64,000 nucleotides of DNA from Pelomyxa schiedti (taxonomy: Eukaryota > Protista > Evosea). Made by a program: the position numbers and the translations under genes. Below, one piece after another: positions 23,912 through 36,821 of the stretch; the stretch's first letter is position 1; the number at the start of each line of letters is the position of its first letter. Location of the stretch: the NCBI GenBank assembly GCA_020536535.1, contig JAHLWZ010000711.1, positions 1 through 64,000 on the forward strand, given 5' to 3'. The notes below the pieces were generated by a model that was not told where the DNA came from, searched no databases, and worked only from the letters and a program-made list of their open reading frames with translations.

Positions 23912-25951
23912 TCAGTGGTTGTTGTTGCGGACAGGATCAAAGTAGGGATGTGCCATGGCCTCGGCGGCAGAAGCTCTCGCGTTGTGGTCGTACACAAGAA
24001 GCTTGTTGAGGAGGTCCAGAATGAGCGCCACATCGGCAGCCGGCACTGTCTGAATTATGGGCCTTGGCGTATCCACCCCTTTCGCAGAACCACTGCCGCA
24101 GCTGGTGTTGTTATTGCTGTTGGTGGCTTGTTGCGCTGTTGTCGACGTCGATGTGGAGGTTGGTGCTGATGCTGATGAGGAAGCCGTAGGATTTGCTGAT
24201 TGTACTGATGCCGATGAGGATGTGGATGTGGATGCGGACGCGGATGATGTAGATAGCGGGAATGGTGTATCAGGGAGTGGGGGAGGTGTTTGTGAGGGTC
24301 GGATAGCCGGCGGCGGGGGTGTTGTTGGAGGGCAGGGCGAAGGAATTGGTGGTTGTGGTTGTGACTGTGACTGCTGGTTGCCGCTGTTGTGGAGTGACAG
24401 GGATCGGAATGCAGAGAGCGGTTTTGTGAAGCAGGGTCTGCCCGGCGGCTTCAGGAAGACTTCAAACCCCACTCGCTTGCAGCTGCCAAACGGACAAGCA
24501 ATCAAAGGTTAGATGTAATGTATGATAGTTATGCGAAAACAAGGTTGGAGATATGAAATTGGGACATACTTGCCGAACAAGGCTCGCAGGTGGGAATTGA
24601 CCCGAATGTTGTACTTTTGGGCGTAGGCGTACAAATCTTGCGACCCGAGCACTTTGACAATTTTGGCAAGTTGGTTGCTATTGTCATGCCCCTTGAAAAA
24701 GGGTTCTTTCCCAAAAACCTATTTATTGATAATGTTTCAATTGGAGGTTAGCGGAGGTGGTGCATCTCTCTTACAAGTGCAGCCATAATGCATCCAACTG
24801 CCCACATATCAATAGAGTAGTTGTAGTAATTGTAGTCAAGAAGAAGTTCTGGCGCTTTCCAAAACCTGCATCAGGTTGGAGGTCACTTTGCCTCTCGATA
24901 TACCTAGAGGCCACTCTAACATTGAATTCTTTTCTTGGCAAGTAGGTGTCACTTAAACCCCAATCAATCAGGGTCAGCTTTCGTTGGCTGTGATTCACCA
25001 GAATCTTTTACTTTTTTAACTTGAAGATTGGATGTCATTCCCAGGTTTTGACGTACATTGTAAGGTTTTACATCTCTGTTTTTGTATAAATAAAAAAAAA
25101 TATAAAAAATCGTGTAAGAAGGGGCTGCTCTAATACCTGTGAATAATTCCTTTGGAATGGGTGTAATCAAGAGCAATGAGTAGCTGATAGAGATAGTATC
25201 TCATGTCATAATCGGATAGTTTGGAGAAGAGAACCTGGCTTTGAAAACAGCATAATTTAGTTTTTGTGAAAAAGGATGGAAAGAAAATGGGTAACTTTGA
25301 TATCATCATGTTCTACATATTCCAGAATAAGACTGCATATATTGTTCCCTGTATCGAGTACTTGGTCATACAACTTTGGACAATTAATGGTCAGAGAGGA
25401 TATGGTAGGTTTGCCTTGACAATGTTTGGTCCTCCATGAAGTAGTTGCAGTATGCACACTTCTCTCCGAACTTTTATTGCAGCCACAGGTTTGAGGACTT
25501 TTATTATGCACTTGTTGCTTGTGCTGCTCACAGCACCAAGGAACACTTCACTGTACTTACCACATCCCACCTTTGACATGACTTCATACTTATCAGGTGA
25601 CCTAAAAATTCCAAAAAAAAAAAAAAAATGTCAAAAAAAAGGAAAGTGATGATACTCTTGTAAAGCACACCCAAAGGCCACGTGTTGTTTGGTGTAGTCC
25701 AAATCACAACCCTGAGGGTACACCCGAGACACACTTTCCACGGGGCCTGAAGGTCCCATAATTCCCCCAGTGCCTGGCCCGCCCTCGTCGGCTTTGCGAG
25801 GGGCAGCGACGAAGGACCCCGAATTCGGCTCCGCACCCAAGTTGGCCGAAGCAGCAGAAACAACGGGCATCGACACAGACTTGGTGAGAGCCGTTGTCGT
25901 CGAATTCGTCGCCACGGCAGGCGTTACCGACGCCGAAGCGGTGCTCGACAT
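23912..25951 (-). CDS. Casein kinase II alpha-like kinase (divergent)
   Basis: [100 protein letters not shown]...AEAMAHPYF are all CK2alpha hallmarks. Confidence 0.93.
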
Positions 25952-26167
25952 CGGGCAAAGGTCAACGAGGATCCTTTGATTTTTGAAGATTCAAGATTCT
26001 CCTCCATTGATGTAGGATGAAACGAGAAAGAGGCGGCACTGGGTGGGCTTGTAGTGGAATTACCACACTGCAAGCGTACTTTGGTGGAGAACTGCACGAG
26101 ATATCGTGAACTAAAGGTACAACGTGCTTGTTTTACTGTGATTCTAAAAAAAAAAAGCTTGTTTACT

Positions 26168-28353
26168 CTAGTGGGGGATATTGTTGACGATATCTTGGAG
26201 GAAGTCACCAGGTTTACGCACAATCACATCGGAATCGAGCTGGTTGATGGTGCTGATGACGTCGTCGACGGTCATCGTCCAGCAGTGCACGACCACGATG
26301 CTGTACGCGTCGGGCGACGTCGGGTCCGTCGATGCCATGTTTATCCTGCTCGCAATCTCAGTCGGCGAGAGGCCGAAATCTGATCTGTATTGTTTGTTTG
26401 TTTTTTGTTTGGTTTGTGGTTTGGTTTGGTTAGTTGTGAGGAGATTGTGGGTGGGGGAAATGGGAAATTTGTAAGGCCGGCCATACGAAAGAATGTATCT
26501 TGGTCCTGTCATAACTTGATTATTTTCTGTGAAGTATACTGCACCTCCAACCCTGGCATAGTCACTGTAGTCATACCTTTCATTTTGCTTTAGCCAAATG
26601 TCATTTAGAAAACCGGCGTGGCATACCATATTATTCCTATGGAAGAGGAGTTCGCAAGAAGAGTGCTGCAGGTAGCGGTATTGAAAGTATCACCAATAAT
26701 TGTATAGACACTTTGTTGCGATTTTTCCTTTGATCCATTTAATGGAGCATTAGTAACGGAAAACGCACCATGTATGCATTATTAAGTGAAGCAAAGCCAC
26801 TGAGATCACTTTCTGGCCACAGGTCAGGGTACATGTACCCAATTCTTCATGCTATTACGCTTTGGAGATTAGATTACAAAACTTACCCTGATGCAGCTGT
26901 AAGCAAGTCATCTTGTTCTGTACTCGATTCTTGATAGTACTCGAGCAAAAGGGGTGCCAGCTCCACCAGTGCTGGGGAGATTGTCCACCCCAAGGGAACT
27001 TCACCTCTATTGGGAGATGCCCACCATCTGTGTATATGATTGGAACTTTCTCGGAATGTTACCAAAAAGCAACTTGGTGGAGGTAGCAAAGTCGTTCATC
27101 AACCACTGGAGATTATCTCCGTCACTGCGGATGGAGTTATCGGTTGTCAACCTGGATTAGCAGCTTACCTCATAATGAAGGTCACAGTGTGGTGAGCGCT
27201 TTCTGTTGCGGGGGTATATAACTGGCTTTTTGGCTTGGATGTTTGCAAGTTCATGTTGGTGAATAGTGGCAAGTTCATACTATAGTCGGCTTTTCACCCC
27301 CTTTGCAGTTAGTTGTTGAGAAGGAAAGAGGAAAGACTACCTGCATGTACCCACTTTGATTGGTAAGTGGCCCGGCTTACCATTCCGTACTCGTCATCTC
27401 CCCTAGTATCTAATTAGAGTGCTCCCCAAGACTGGTGTGAACAAACCAACCAAGAACAGCAGAGTTTGGCACCATATTAGCAAGTGCATTCTGACCCAAT
27501 GTAGTATCTAGCATCGGATCATAAAAGTTGAATGCCTGTAGGATTTACTTTATTCCTATGGTACTGCTATTTAATCATACTGATGCAAATATAGAGTAGT
27601 CTACAAGAAACTGAGGGTCTTTTTGATGCGAAAGGATCGACTTGCTCCAAGATGCAATATACTTGGAAAAGAGAGAATCAGGTGTTCCAAAATCACCTGC
27701 GTTATAAAGTTGGGATAGACCAGCTGCCTGGGCAAAAGATACTGTTTCAGGAGTGATCACCACAGTATTTGTAATAGCTGAAATGCTGGTAATACAAGTT
27801 ATGCCTTTCAATATTTAGTGATATCAAACCTGACAGCATTTCTCAATGTATCACTTGCTGAAGTGGCATCACTGTAAGTATAACCAGAAATCATTGGAGC
27901 AAACTTTGTAAGCAAGCCCTGCATATCGTTGGATAAGGACTCATCAACGTAAATTTCAGTGTGGGTGGCTTTCAGTTGATCTAGCCTAACTTTGTTTTCA
28001 CCTTTTAAACTTGAAGGTGAAAAAGGATTCACCATAGAGAATAGGCAGCCCCGCTATCAAGTAAGTAGAGAAAATCCGAAGTAAAAGTCTGGTTGCCAAT
28101 AATGCCACTCAGTGAGTTTGCCAGCACCTTCTGGCTGGAGCTGAATCCCTATAATCATAACCTCAGAACCCGCAACCAAAACCAACAAGAATAGCAGGGC
28201 CCGCACAGCTACGTTGAGGACCCACACAGTTTCCGCCAGTTTTGTGGCTGGATAAGGACTGCCTTGTATTCTCTCCACCCCATTGATACTCCACTCACAA
28301 CGAACAAACACCACCAGAAGGCACAACAACACAGCTCCGTGTACAAGAGCCAT
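26168..28353 (-). CDS. Secreted GxGYxYP-family putative glycoside hydrolase
   Basis: Signal peptide; HTVTFIMSDGDNLQW; WWASPNRGEVPLGWTISPALVELAPLLLEYY...DDLLTAASG then GYMYP; C-terminal YSIVVVHCW...KPGDFLQDIVNN. Intron-rich. Confidence 0.82.
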
Positions 28354-28477
28354 CCCGAAAAAAAAACCGTTTGAACGGAAAAAATGCTTGCTTCTTTGAT
28401 CAAAAATCCCAAAATGTTTTTCATTGATGTTGCTGAAACGACGCCTATCTCAATAGAAGATACAGAACACAAAGACT

Positions 28478-30803
28478 CTACGCAGCTAGCTCCTCCTCTT
28501 CGTATTTCTGGTACTCAGTGCACACAAAGCAATCCCACTCTGACCTGCTGTCACTCACCTCTGCCATGTGGTCATCATTCAAGTTAGTCATAGTCTCCAT
28601 CCCCAAGGCACTGCTCTTGCCGGCTGCATTCATTGCTACAGCTGATTCTGATAGTGCCGGTGGTGGTGATGCTGCTGCATTGGGAGCGCGGCCAGGGCGG
28701 GCCCACCTCAGTTGTTCTGATTCCTCAAGCTCCGCGAGCTTGGCTGGATTTGTGAGGGTGGTGAAGAACTGCCTCGCCATGCTGCTGTTGATGATCCTGT
28801 TAAGTGTCACGGTGGTGCCCTTGGCTCCAACCATATCCAGAAGTTCGCGGTAGACATCAGTCCAATCAATGGGTTCTTCACCAAGGTTCAGGAGCTGTTG
28901 TTGTTGTGAGTTTTTACCGGGTTTTATTTTGTGTTTGTATGATTAAATGGAATTGAGTTTACCCCTTGGCTTATGTGCTTATAAAATTGCTCCATTTCAT
29001 AGCCACTGAGTATGCCGTCGGAATCAAGGTCCAGAACGGAAAACCAATACCATGCACTGGCTGCATCACCTTTGTCCTCCTCGCTCATTATAAACCACAC
29101 CCAATCCATAAACGTAGCACCTCCGACACTTTCACCAGAGGTTCCACGCCACTGTACTTCCGTAGAACTAGTGTGAGAATTCTGCACGGGAGGTCTTGAA
29201 CCCTGGAGATTCAGCGGAATCGGGTGAATTGAAGTGCATCTATCGGCAACAAAGCGAGTAACACATCTGTAGTCATTGTAGTTATGAATATCACTGCTTC
29301 TCAGGACGTGGTCATGGTCATGATCCAGTTCCCAAAACTGTGTGAAGTAAGAAGGGTACACATCAATAGTGGATACTTTGTAGTAAACAACGCAGAAGTC
29401 TTGATATGCAAAAACTGTTCCATAAAGGTCTTCAGAAGACGAAATATGTAGGAGAACTTTAAGTAAGTTGCACTTTTGTAGAATGTCCCGTCTTCCAAGA
29501 ACTCCTTGGTGAGATCTCCCTGTTTGTCTGAATAAGCGAACAATCACATGATCGCAGTAGTAGCTCATAAACTCAGGTGCCTCACTAGATACTGTTATTT
29601 GGTCAAATGTTTAACGTTGATATACCGCAAAGCCTGAAGACCAGGATGACTCTGAGCAATAGATTGCACAAGAACTCTCAGATTCGCCGGAACTAGTGTG
29701 TTAGGCACACTTGCACGCGCAGTGGCCGGGCTTGTAGATGCACCAGTAGCATAAACCCCAGGGGAAGTAGTGCATATCCGCAGAACGCACCACAACATAT
29801 CATCTATTCCTTTATTTCTCAAATACCTCACATGAAACTTCTTCAAGTCACCCAGCTCAACTACTTTTCTCCCAGAAGCATTAGAGCCCTGCGGCGATGA
29901 TGACATCTGTTGCATCACACCACCGTGAGTGTGACGAGGAGTCCTGGACAACCAATGTGCCACAATCGAGCAGATTACACGAGGAAGCTTAGTGGAAGCT
30001 CGAAGCTGGGATTCTGCATGTGCAATACTCACTTCGGCAGAGGGTTCTGACAGTGAAGTAGGCCTTTGTTGCCTCAAAGAACCCGGATTCACACTGAAAT
30101 TCTTACTTCTCCTCTCACTTTGAGTTCCAGTGGGTGTACCATTCCCAGGATGATTCGGATTCGGTGGAATCGAGGAATTGTTGTCATTATGCTTCTGATG
30201 TGAAGGATCCTGATTGGGAGGGCTCCCATAATCCCGCCCCCCGTCACTGTTCTTGGAAACCCCCAACAGGCTCGGCGACTCGGCCGGCGGAGTCTGAGAC
30301 TGGAGGACTGGAAGGGAATGAGGCCTGTATCGCCCATGCGTGATCCGATTGGTCCTCAGATTCTCAACAATAGCAACTGCAGCTACAGAGGAGGCACTAT
30401 GTTGGCTTTGGGGGGTGATTTTCACACCAGAAGGCGATGATGGGACGGTGAATTCCACCACAGAATTGTCTCTGGGAGATGCACATTCCAGCGGGCTGGG
30501 TCGTCCCATAACCCGGGTCTTGGTAGACACCGCCGCCTCGCCTTTATCGGTGACTGGCTTCCCTGCCGCCGATGGCTTCTTGACAAGTGTTGTGGTCGCC
30601 GTTGCCAAATTTGATGACGCCAGCTGCACTGCATCGCGTCCTTGTTGCAATTGTGGGTTTTGATGCGAGCGCTGCTCATGGCTTGCGGAAGTAGTGATGG
30701 AAACAAAGAGGGTGTCGATAAATGACTTTGTCTCAGGGAGGCACAGCCAACGCCTGAACTCTTCGTCGACTTTGATTTGCGCGACGGGGCGCAGCACCTT
30801 CAT
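28478..30803 (-). CDS. PP2A regulatory subunit B'' (PR72/PPP2R3 family), EF-hand protein
   Basis: QIKVDEEFRRWL; IAQSHPGLQAL; FWELDHDHD; DWVWFIMSEEDK...WYWFSVLDLDSDGILSGYEMEQFY; terminal SEWDCFVCTEY. Confidence 0.88.
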
Positions 30804-30907
30804 GTGTTTGCAAACGCAACGTCCGGTGTGTCTTGTCACTTTGTTGTGTGCAGTTTTCCTCGAGTTTTCTTTAGAACAAATATGCTAAAGACAGGCTTTT
30901 TTTTTTT

Positions 30908-31663
30908 TTACTCACTCTGAGTCAGCTGATTTACGATTCCAATAACGTTTGCAGGGTTTGTTTCTACTATGTGACCGTTCACAACAATCTTCATACGCAC
31001 ATTAGAGGTGGAGGAAAAAAAAGGGGAATAACCTCATCTAGAACAAAATGGGCGGTGTCGAGATGATACATTATCTGTTTGGAAAAGATTACACGAAACA
31101 CTTAATGGTATCTCTGCATATTTCTATAGGAGAAGCTACTTACATCTAATTCGCACACATTCTCAAACAAGGTATTATAAACCTCTATTAAAAATTGAAT
31201 GAACTCCAAAACTGCCAAGTCATTCTGGAGTATTGTTGAGAGGGAGTTGAAATCCTTCAAAAACAAGAAAACCTCAGTGGTATCAACTCCAACAACAACA
31301 AAGAGTGATGCATATCGCCGATAAACTATCTTGTGGTCTCGGAATTCCAAGAATGAGCACTATTTGGCCACGTTAAACAAAAAAAAAGGACTCCAAACTC
31401 AACTAGTAGCAACCGCTTAAATTTCACTATACTCTATGTAAACTAGCTCCCATAATTCTATCCAGGGAGTGACACAACCACAAATTACTAATAAGATGTG
31501 TGAATGAGGCACCCATGAGTACTTGGTTTTCAGATCGCGACAGGCACTTCCTCACCACCTCGGACTCGAGTGTGATTCTGTCCCTCGTCGACAAGTGCAC
31601 CCCATAATACCGTGACAGCCTCGTCTGCCCCTGCTTGTTCATCATAAGAACGTACTTGATCAT
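30908..31663 (-). CDS. AP4S1: AP-4 adaptor complex sigma subunit
   Basis: [20 protein letters not shown]...[13 protein letters not shown] / [26 protein letters not shown] / VCELD / [10 protein letters not shown]. Confidence 0.92.
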
Positions 31664-31800
31664 CTCTGCGGTCCTCCCCTTTCTTCCCTCACTTCAACAG
31701 ACACCCAGACACCACCCCCAATTTTTTGATCACCTTTAGTGATCGCCAAGGCGTTCCGCTGCTTTGAAATTCCTGGAAAACAGAGGAAAACAAACCAAAA

Positions 31801-33495
31801 ATGAAGAAACAGGGCATTGTATTGCACGGAACGACGACGAAAAGAAACGGAAACAGTGGCAGCTGTGCAGGGAGACAGAGTCAATTACAACAAGAAGTAG
31901 CCCCTACGTCTCAGTCCTCGCAGGGCGATCAGCAGGACCAACAACGAGGACAAGACACCCACGAGCACGACCACGAGGCACCAGGCGCCAACGCCAACAA
32001 CAACAGCAACAACAAGGGCACCAACACCAACAACAACAACAATCCGAGGCACGAGCACTATGACGACGACGAGTCGAGCATCGAGGCGGAGCTGGCGACG
32101 CTGAGGCAGAAGAAGCAGATGGTGCTGCTGGGGAGGCTGGCCCCCAGGGGCGACGACACGGAGAGCAGCAGCGCCAGCGACGACTGGGGCGGCGACGGCG
32201 ACCCCGAGGGAGAGGGCGAAGGAGACGGCGACGGCGACGAGGAGGAAGACGGGGACGAGACCCAGAGGACCGACGACGGCGCCGCCGCCGACGGCAGCAC
32301 GAACTACGGCGAGGACGAAGAAGGAGGAGGAGGAGGAGGAGGCGGAGGCGGCAGGGGCGCGAGGCCGCGAAGAGCCGACAATGCTGACACTAATGGCAAG
32401 AATCCACGGCAGCAACATCAACAGCAGCAACAACAGCAGCAGCAAGGCGTGAGACTCCCAAAGTTGAAATTGCCGGGTGCCAAGAGGAATGGGAATGCGG
32501 AAGCTCAGCAGCGAGCAGGGAGCAGGGCAAGCGTTGATGGCAAGAAGAACTTGAACTGGGCCAAAGCCGAAATAGAAACTATACGGGCGAACCGCGCCAG
32601 AATTGCACAGGTTCTTCAGCAGCAACAACAAAACCACATACAACAGCAGCAGCAGGATCAGCAGCGGCAACAACAAATTCCACAAACATCACAGATTCTG
32701 GGTCAAATAACTTCCGCTAGTGTACCTGGGGATAGGGCAGTGGAAATCCTTGCGCAAGAACTTGATCGGGAAAGGGCTAAGAATTCAACTCTGGTTGAAG
32801 AAAATGCGAGATTGCAATCAGTCGCTTCGGAATTACTTGTGCTCTTAGGTACAGCGTCTGATGCATTGAATGTGATTCACGATGTCGAGAACGCACAGCT
32901 CTTTGATGACGATAGCGACAACGGCAAGCCGTCGGATGTGAAAAGGCGGGAGCGCATGTTATCAAAAAAGCTACTACAGGTACAGGCTGAAAATACAGCC
33001 CTGAGAAACGAACTTGCAACAACGAAAGCAAGAGCAAACGAACTATCCACACTTCTCGTCAAGGGTGGTATAAGACCGCACTCACCAAGGCACCATCACA
33101 CCGATCAACAACTCGTAATCTCACCACCAGTTTTGCAGCAGCAACAGCCACCTGTAATATACCAACAACCAAACACATCCGCAATGGAACAGATGAGTGC
33201 CGCAGCAGCGGCTGCAGCCGCGGCCGCTGCAACAGCGGCTACCAACGCCGTGGTTACTGCTGTCACTGAGACGACCCGGTTTCAAGTTCAAACAAGTGTT
33301 CTACTTGGACTCCAGAGTACACTCTCTGACCTAGAAACTCTTTCCCAAAGGAGACTTGGGCAAGACCCCTACAACAACACACAACAGCAACACCCACCCA
33401 ACATCCCCCCAACCCAAATCAACAATAACAACATTCCTTATCAAGCCAGCCTTCTCCGCGCCACATCAACATACTCCCACGGCTGGCGCAGTTAA
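31801..33495 (+). CDS. Intronless 564-aa low-complexity/coiled-coil protein of unknown function
   Basis: Long ORF with acidic, poly-G, poly-Q and poly-A tracts and two heptad-like segments (ELDRERAKNSTLVEENARLQ; LLQVQAENTALRNEL). Confidence 0.75.
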   Translation: MKKQGIVLHGTTTKRNGNSGSCAGRQSQLQQEVAPTSQSSQGDQQDQQRGQDTHEHDHEAPGANANNNSNNKGTNTNNNNNPRHEHYDDDESSIEAELATLRQKKQMVLLGRLAPRGDDTESSSASDDWGGDGDPEGEGEGDGDGDEEEDGDETQRTDDGAAADGSTNYGEDEEGGGGGGGGGGRGARPRRADNADTNGKNPRQQHQQQQQQQQQGVRLPKLKLPGAKRNGNAEAQQRAGSRASVDGKKNLNWAKAEIETIRANRARIAQVLQQQQQNHIQQQQQDQQRQQQIPQTSQILGQITSASVPGDRAVEILAQELDRERAKNSTLVEENARLQSVASELLVLLGTASDALNVIHDVENAQLFDDDSDNGKPSDVKRRERMLSKKLLQVQAENTALRNELATTKARANELSTLLVKGGIRPHSPRHHHTDQQLVISPPVLQQQQPPVIYQQPNTSAMEQMSAAAAAAAAAAATAATNAVVTAVTETTRFQVQTSVLLGLQSTLSDLETLSQRRLGQDPYNNTQQQHPPNIPPTQINNNNIPYQASLLRATSTYSHGWRS

Positions 33496-33991
33496 TATCC
33501 CCCTCCATTTGAATGTATATACAGGCCACTGCAGTGGCACCCACATCACAGTTACAAACAAGAGAAGTCAACACAGGCATCAAAACCAGAGAAGCAAAAA
33601 GCCGAACAATCGAATTCGTCCTTTTTGCCGTTTTGGAGAAAAGAGGTGTTCCACGACAGCCCCAACAGGATAGCACCTCCGATCTTCCACGAAGTTAAAT
33701 TTATTACATCAGCAAAAAGCAATCAAGAGTTTTCCTAAGCTTCCAAAAAAGCCAACCAAACAAAAAAAAAAATTCTGCACAGGCAACATTGTTGTGCAAC
33801 GTGCTGCGTCCCAATCGACACACCACATCAACGGAGCCCCAATTGAAATCCCCACACCACAACTAATTTCTTGTGGTCGTTGGTTCTGATTTTTGGCCCG
33901 TCCCTGAATTTTGACTCCCAACCGACGCCAAGCGAATAAACAAGCAACCCATAAGGCAGAACCAGCGGCACAAACACCGACACAAAAAAAA

Positions 33992-36666
33992 ATGTCATCT
34001 GTACTCTCTGCCAGCGCGCCACTTGGGGCCTCGGCCCCTCCCAGGCCCAAAGTTTTGCCCCCGCTCAAGCTGAACCTGCTCGCGGTGCCCACGGGGGGCG
34101 CAGCGACGGCGCCGCTGAGCCCGAGCTCGACCCTGACTGTGCCCAAGGCGAATTCCCCGCCGCTGCAGTGCATGGCGTCGCCGTCGGCTTCGGCGACGAT
34201 GTCAGGACCATCCGGGGGCTTTTTGGGCCTCAGTCTCAGCGCCACGATGTCGCCGTCGGCCCCGGCGGCGTCTCCCATAACTCCGAGGTCGCTGGCTCTG
34301 GCGCATTCGATGAGAGGATCCCCGGACCAGAGAGTGGTTGTGCACTCTCAAATTGGTGACGTGGTGAGTGTGTTTCTATATTGCTTCGCGAAATTTTCTT
34401 CCTAACCAATGTATACTATCAACATACATTTTTTTCTTACATATAATAATTCTTTTTTTACCGTGGTAACCCCAATTCCATCATAAGACTGTTGGAGAAG
34501 TTATTGGAAGGGGTGCTACTGCTGTAGTTCATAAGGGGCTTGTCTCCACGGGCCAAGTTGTTGCTATTAAAGTTGTGAACTCTTCAGTTGTGAGTTCTGC
34601 TGCCTTCCAATCCATTACAGAGGAGATTGATATGCTGATCAAACTGAACCACAAAAACATCATCAGCGTTTTGGGCTACTCTCTCATGAATAAGTTTTTG
34701 TACATCTTTCTTGAGTTGCGTATTTCCCAGTCTCACATGTGTATCTGACCCCTGCATAAGGTATGGTGAAGGAGGTTCTCTGTCACACACGATCAAAGAG
34801 TTTGGACCACTTCAAGAAACCCTTGCTGTAATGTATATCGAACAAGTTCTCAAGGCATTAGTTTATCTTCATAGCAAAGAAGTTATACACAGGTATTCCA
34901 TAACAATCTCCCCTTCACTCACCCATGATATTCCAATCTGTCCTGAAATAGAGACCTTAAGGTTTTAATACGAATCTAATCTTACCGTTCTGATGGTTTC
35001 CTCACAGGCTGCAAATATATTGATGACCAAGATAGGAACTGTGAAATTGTGTGACTTTGGAGTCTCTGCAGATTTGCATGATAGCAGCAAGCAATTTTCG
35101 GTAAGACCCCAGAGAAAATTGCGCTAGTTTTTTTAACTACTCTACAGGTTGTCGGATCACCCTATTGGAGTATGACACTGCGTACTATTTTCCATTTTAT
35201 TTAATTTCCCTCCAATACAACAGTTGCTCCTGAAATTATTCAAATCTCCGGACACTGCCCCGAGTCGGACATATGGTATTTATTGTGTACCTTTTAAGCC
35301 AACTCAAGCAAATAAGGAGTTTGGGTTGCACTATTGTCGAGTTGTTAACTGGAAATCCTCCTTTTTATAAGTAACCAGCTTTTCTATGATAACCTCTTAG
35401 TTAACAGTTTCTCAGCTTGAATGCTATGGCGGCCATGTTTAAAATTGTGAATGATGACATGCCCATCCCACCTAACTGTTCACCAGTAATAAACCCATAT
35501 ATTCTTTTTTTCGTCTTAAGCTTCCTAGGAAATGACTGATGTTCTCCAAAAGTGTTTTAAAAAGGAACCCTCAGAAAGGCCTTCTGCCCAAGAATTACTA
35601 AATCACCCTCTATTTCAGGTAACAAGCACAAAAGAAACCAAACCAGTAACAGTTTCCAGAAAGCACATTCCAATGCAAGTGCAAATACCGATGAAATTCA
35701 GCGACTGGCTGTTTATTCTCGGTCTGCTAGCTCTACTGCACTGCTTCGTACTTTCTTGCTCTCTTTATCCCCTCTGTAACGTAAATATAGCCTCACAATC
35801 TGGTCTTGCCGCAGAAGCAGCCAAGCCCATTCAAGTCGTATCCGCAACGAAGGAGCTCACGGAAATGAGGCAATTACATGATGATTACAGCAGAATACAG
35901 GAGGAAATTGAGGAACTTACATCAAAAAATACACAACTAAAGAAACTCAATGAAGAAACAGAGGTATTGCGTCTTCATTATTGGCGTTTTCTTCCCTCTT
36001 TCCAGCGACAAATTGAGGCCAGAAATAAAGAATACAAGTTTTTATTGACACACACAATGGATGTCATAAAAGTCCATGCTATGTACTTCTTCACTTTTAT
36101 ACCCCTTTTTTTCCTTAACATGAACAGTGGCTCCCAACAAGAGCTAGCGCAAAAAATAGCCATTTTTGAAAGAGAAACCGGAATAGCACTAGTGAGCCCT
36201 TCGCTATTTCTTAATGTTCAATGCATTAATCCAGCTCCACCCAACCTTTTTTTCCCCTCCCCAACAGGTTCCCCAAGAAGAGCCCAAACACACACACCAC
36301 CACGCGCACCATCACCGCCACAGGCACCGTCACTCAGACACAAGCCTCTCCTCTTCATCCCCAGTCCAGCAAACCCTCAACAACACAGTAATAACCACAC
36401 TCAACAGCGGAGCACAGATTCTGCACACATCGGACTCCAACGCATCACCGCCGGTCACTTCGACTTCCGCGCCGCTCACGGCGCCGCCGTCGCCGCCTGC
36501 ACTCGCGCCGAAATCACCCCCGTTGATCGCGGCCAACGGCGCGGCAATGGGGACACCGGAGAACAGAAAGATACTCACCGAGTCTGGAACGATGTCGCTG
36601 GATCAGAAGAAGAAGAAAGCTGGGTTCTTTGGGAAGCACTTCAGGCGGAAAAGTGATGAAGAGTGA
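33992..36666 (+). CDS. STE-group Ser/Thr kinase (Cdc15/SepA/MAP3K-epsilon-like) with C-terminal coiled coil
   Basis: IGRGATAVVHKG...VAIK, EIDMLIKLNHKNI, GGSL, YLHSKEVIHR, AANIL...VKLCDFGVS, VVGSPYW, APE, SLGCTIVELLTGNPPF, RPSAQELLNHP. Confidence 0.92.
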
Positions 36667-36821
36667 GGAGCAATTGGGGCACCCTTTGGCGTTGGGCACA
36701 GTTACTTACACTTTTTGTATCTATCTACTGTTTAAAAATATTCGTCTATTTTCTTTTTCTTGTTGCTTCAAAAAGGATAGGGTGTGGCAGTGTGCCGCTC
36801 TTTTTTTTTTTTTACAGCTGA

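Noticed and set aside
31885-32685. Hydrophobic 266-aa minus-strand ORF resembling a membrane protein
   Set aside because: Antisense of CAG/CAA/GAC repeats in the 564-aa plus-strand ORF.
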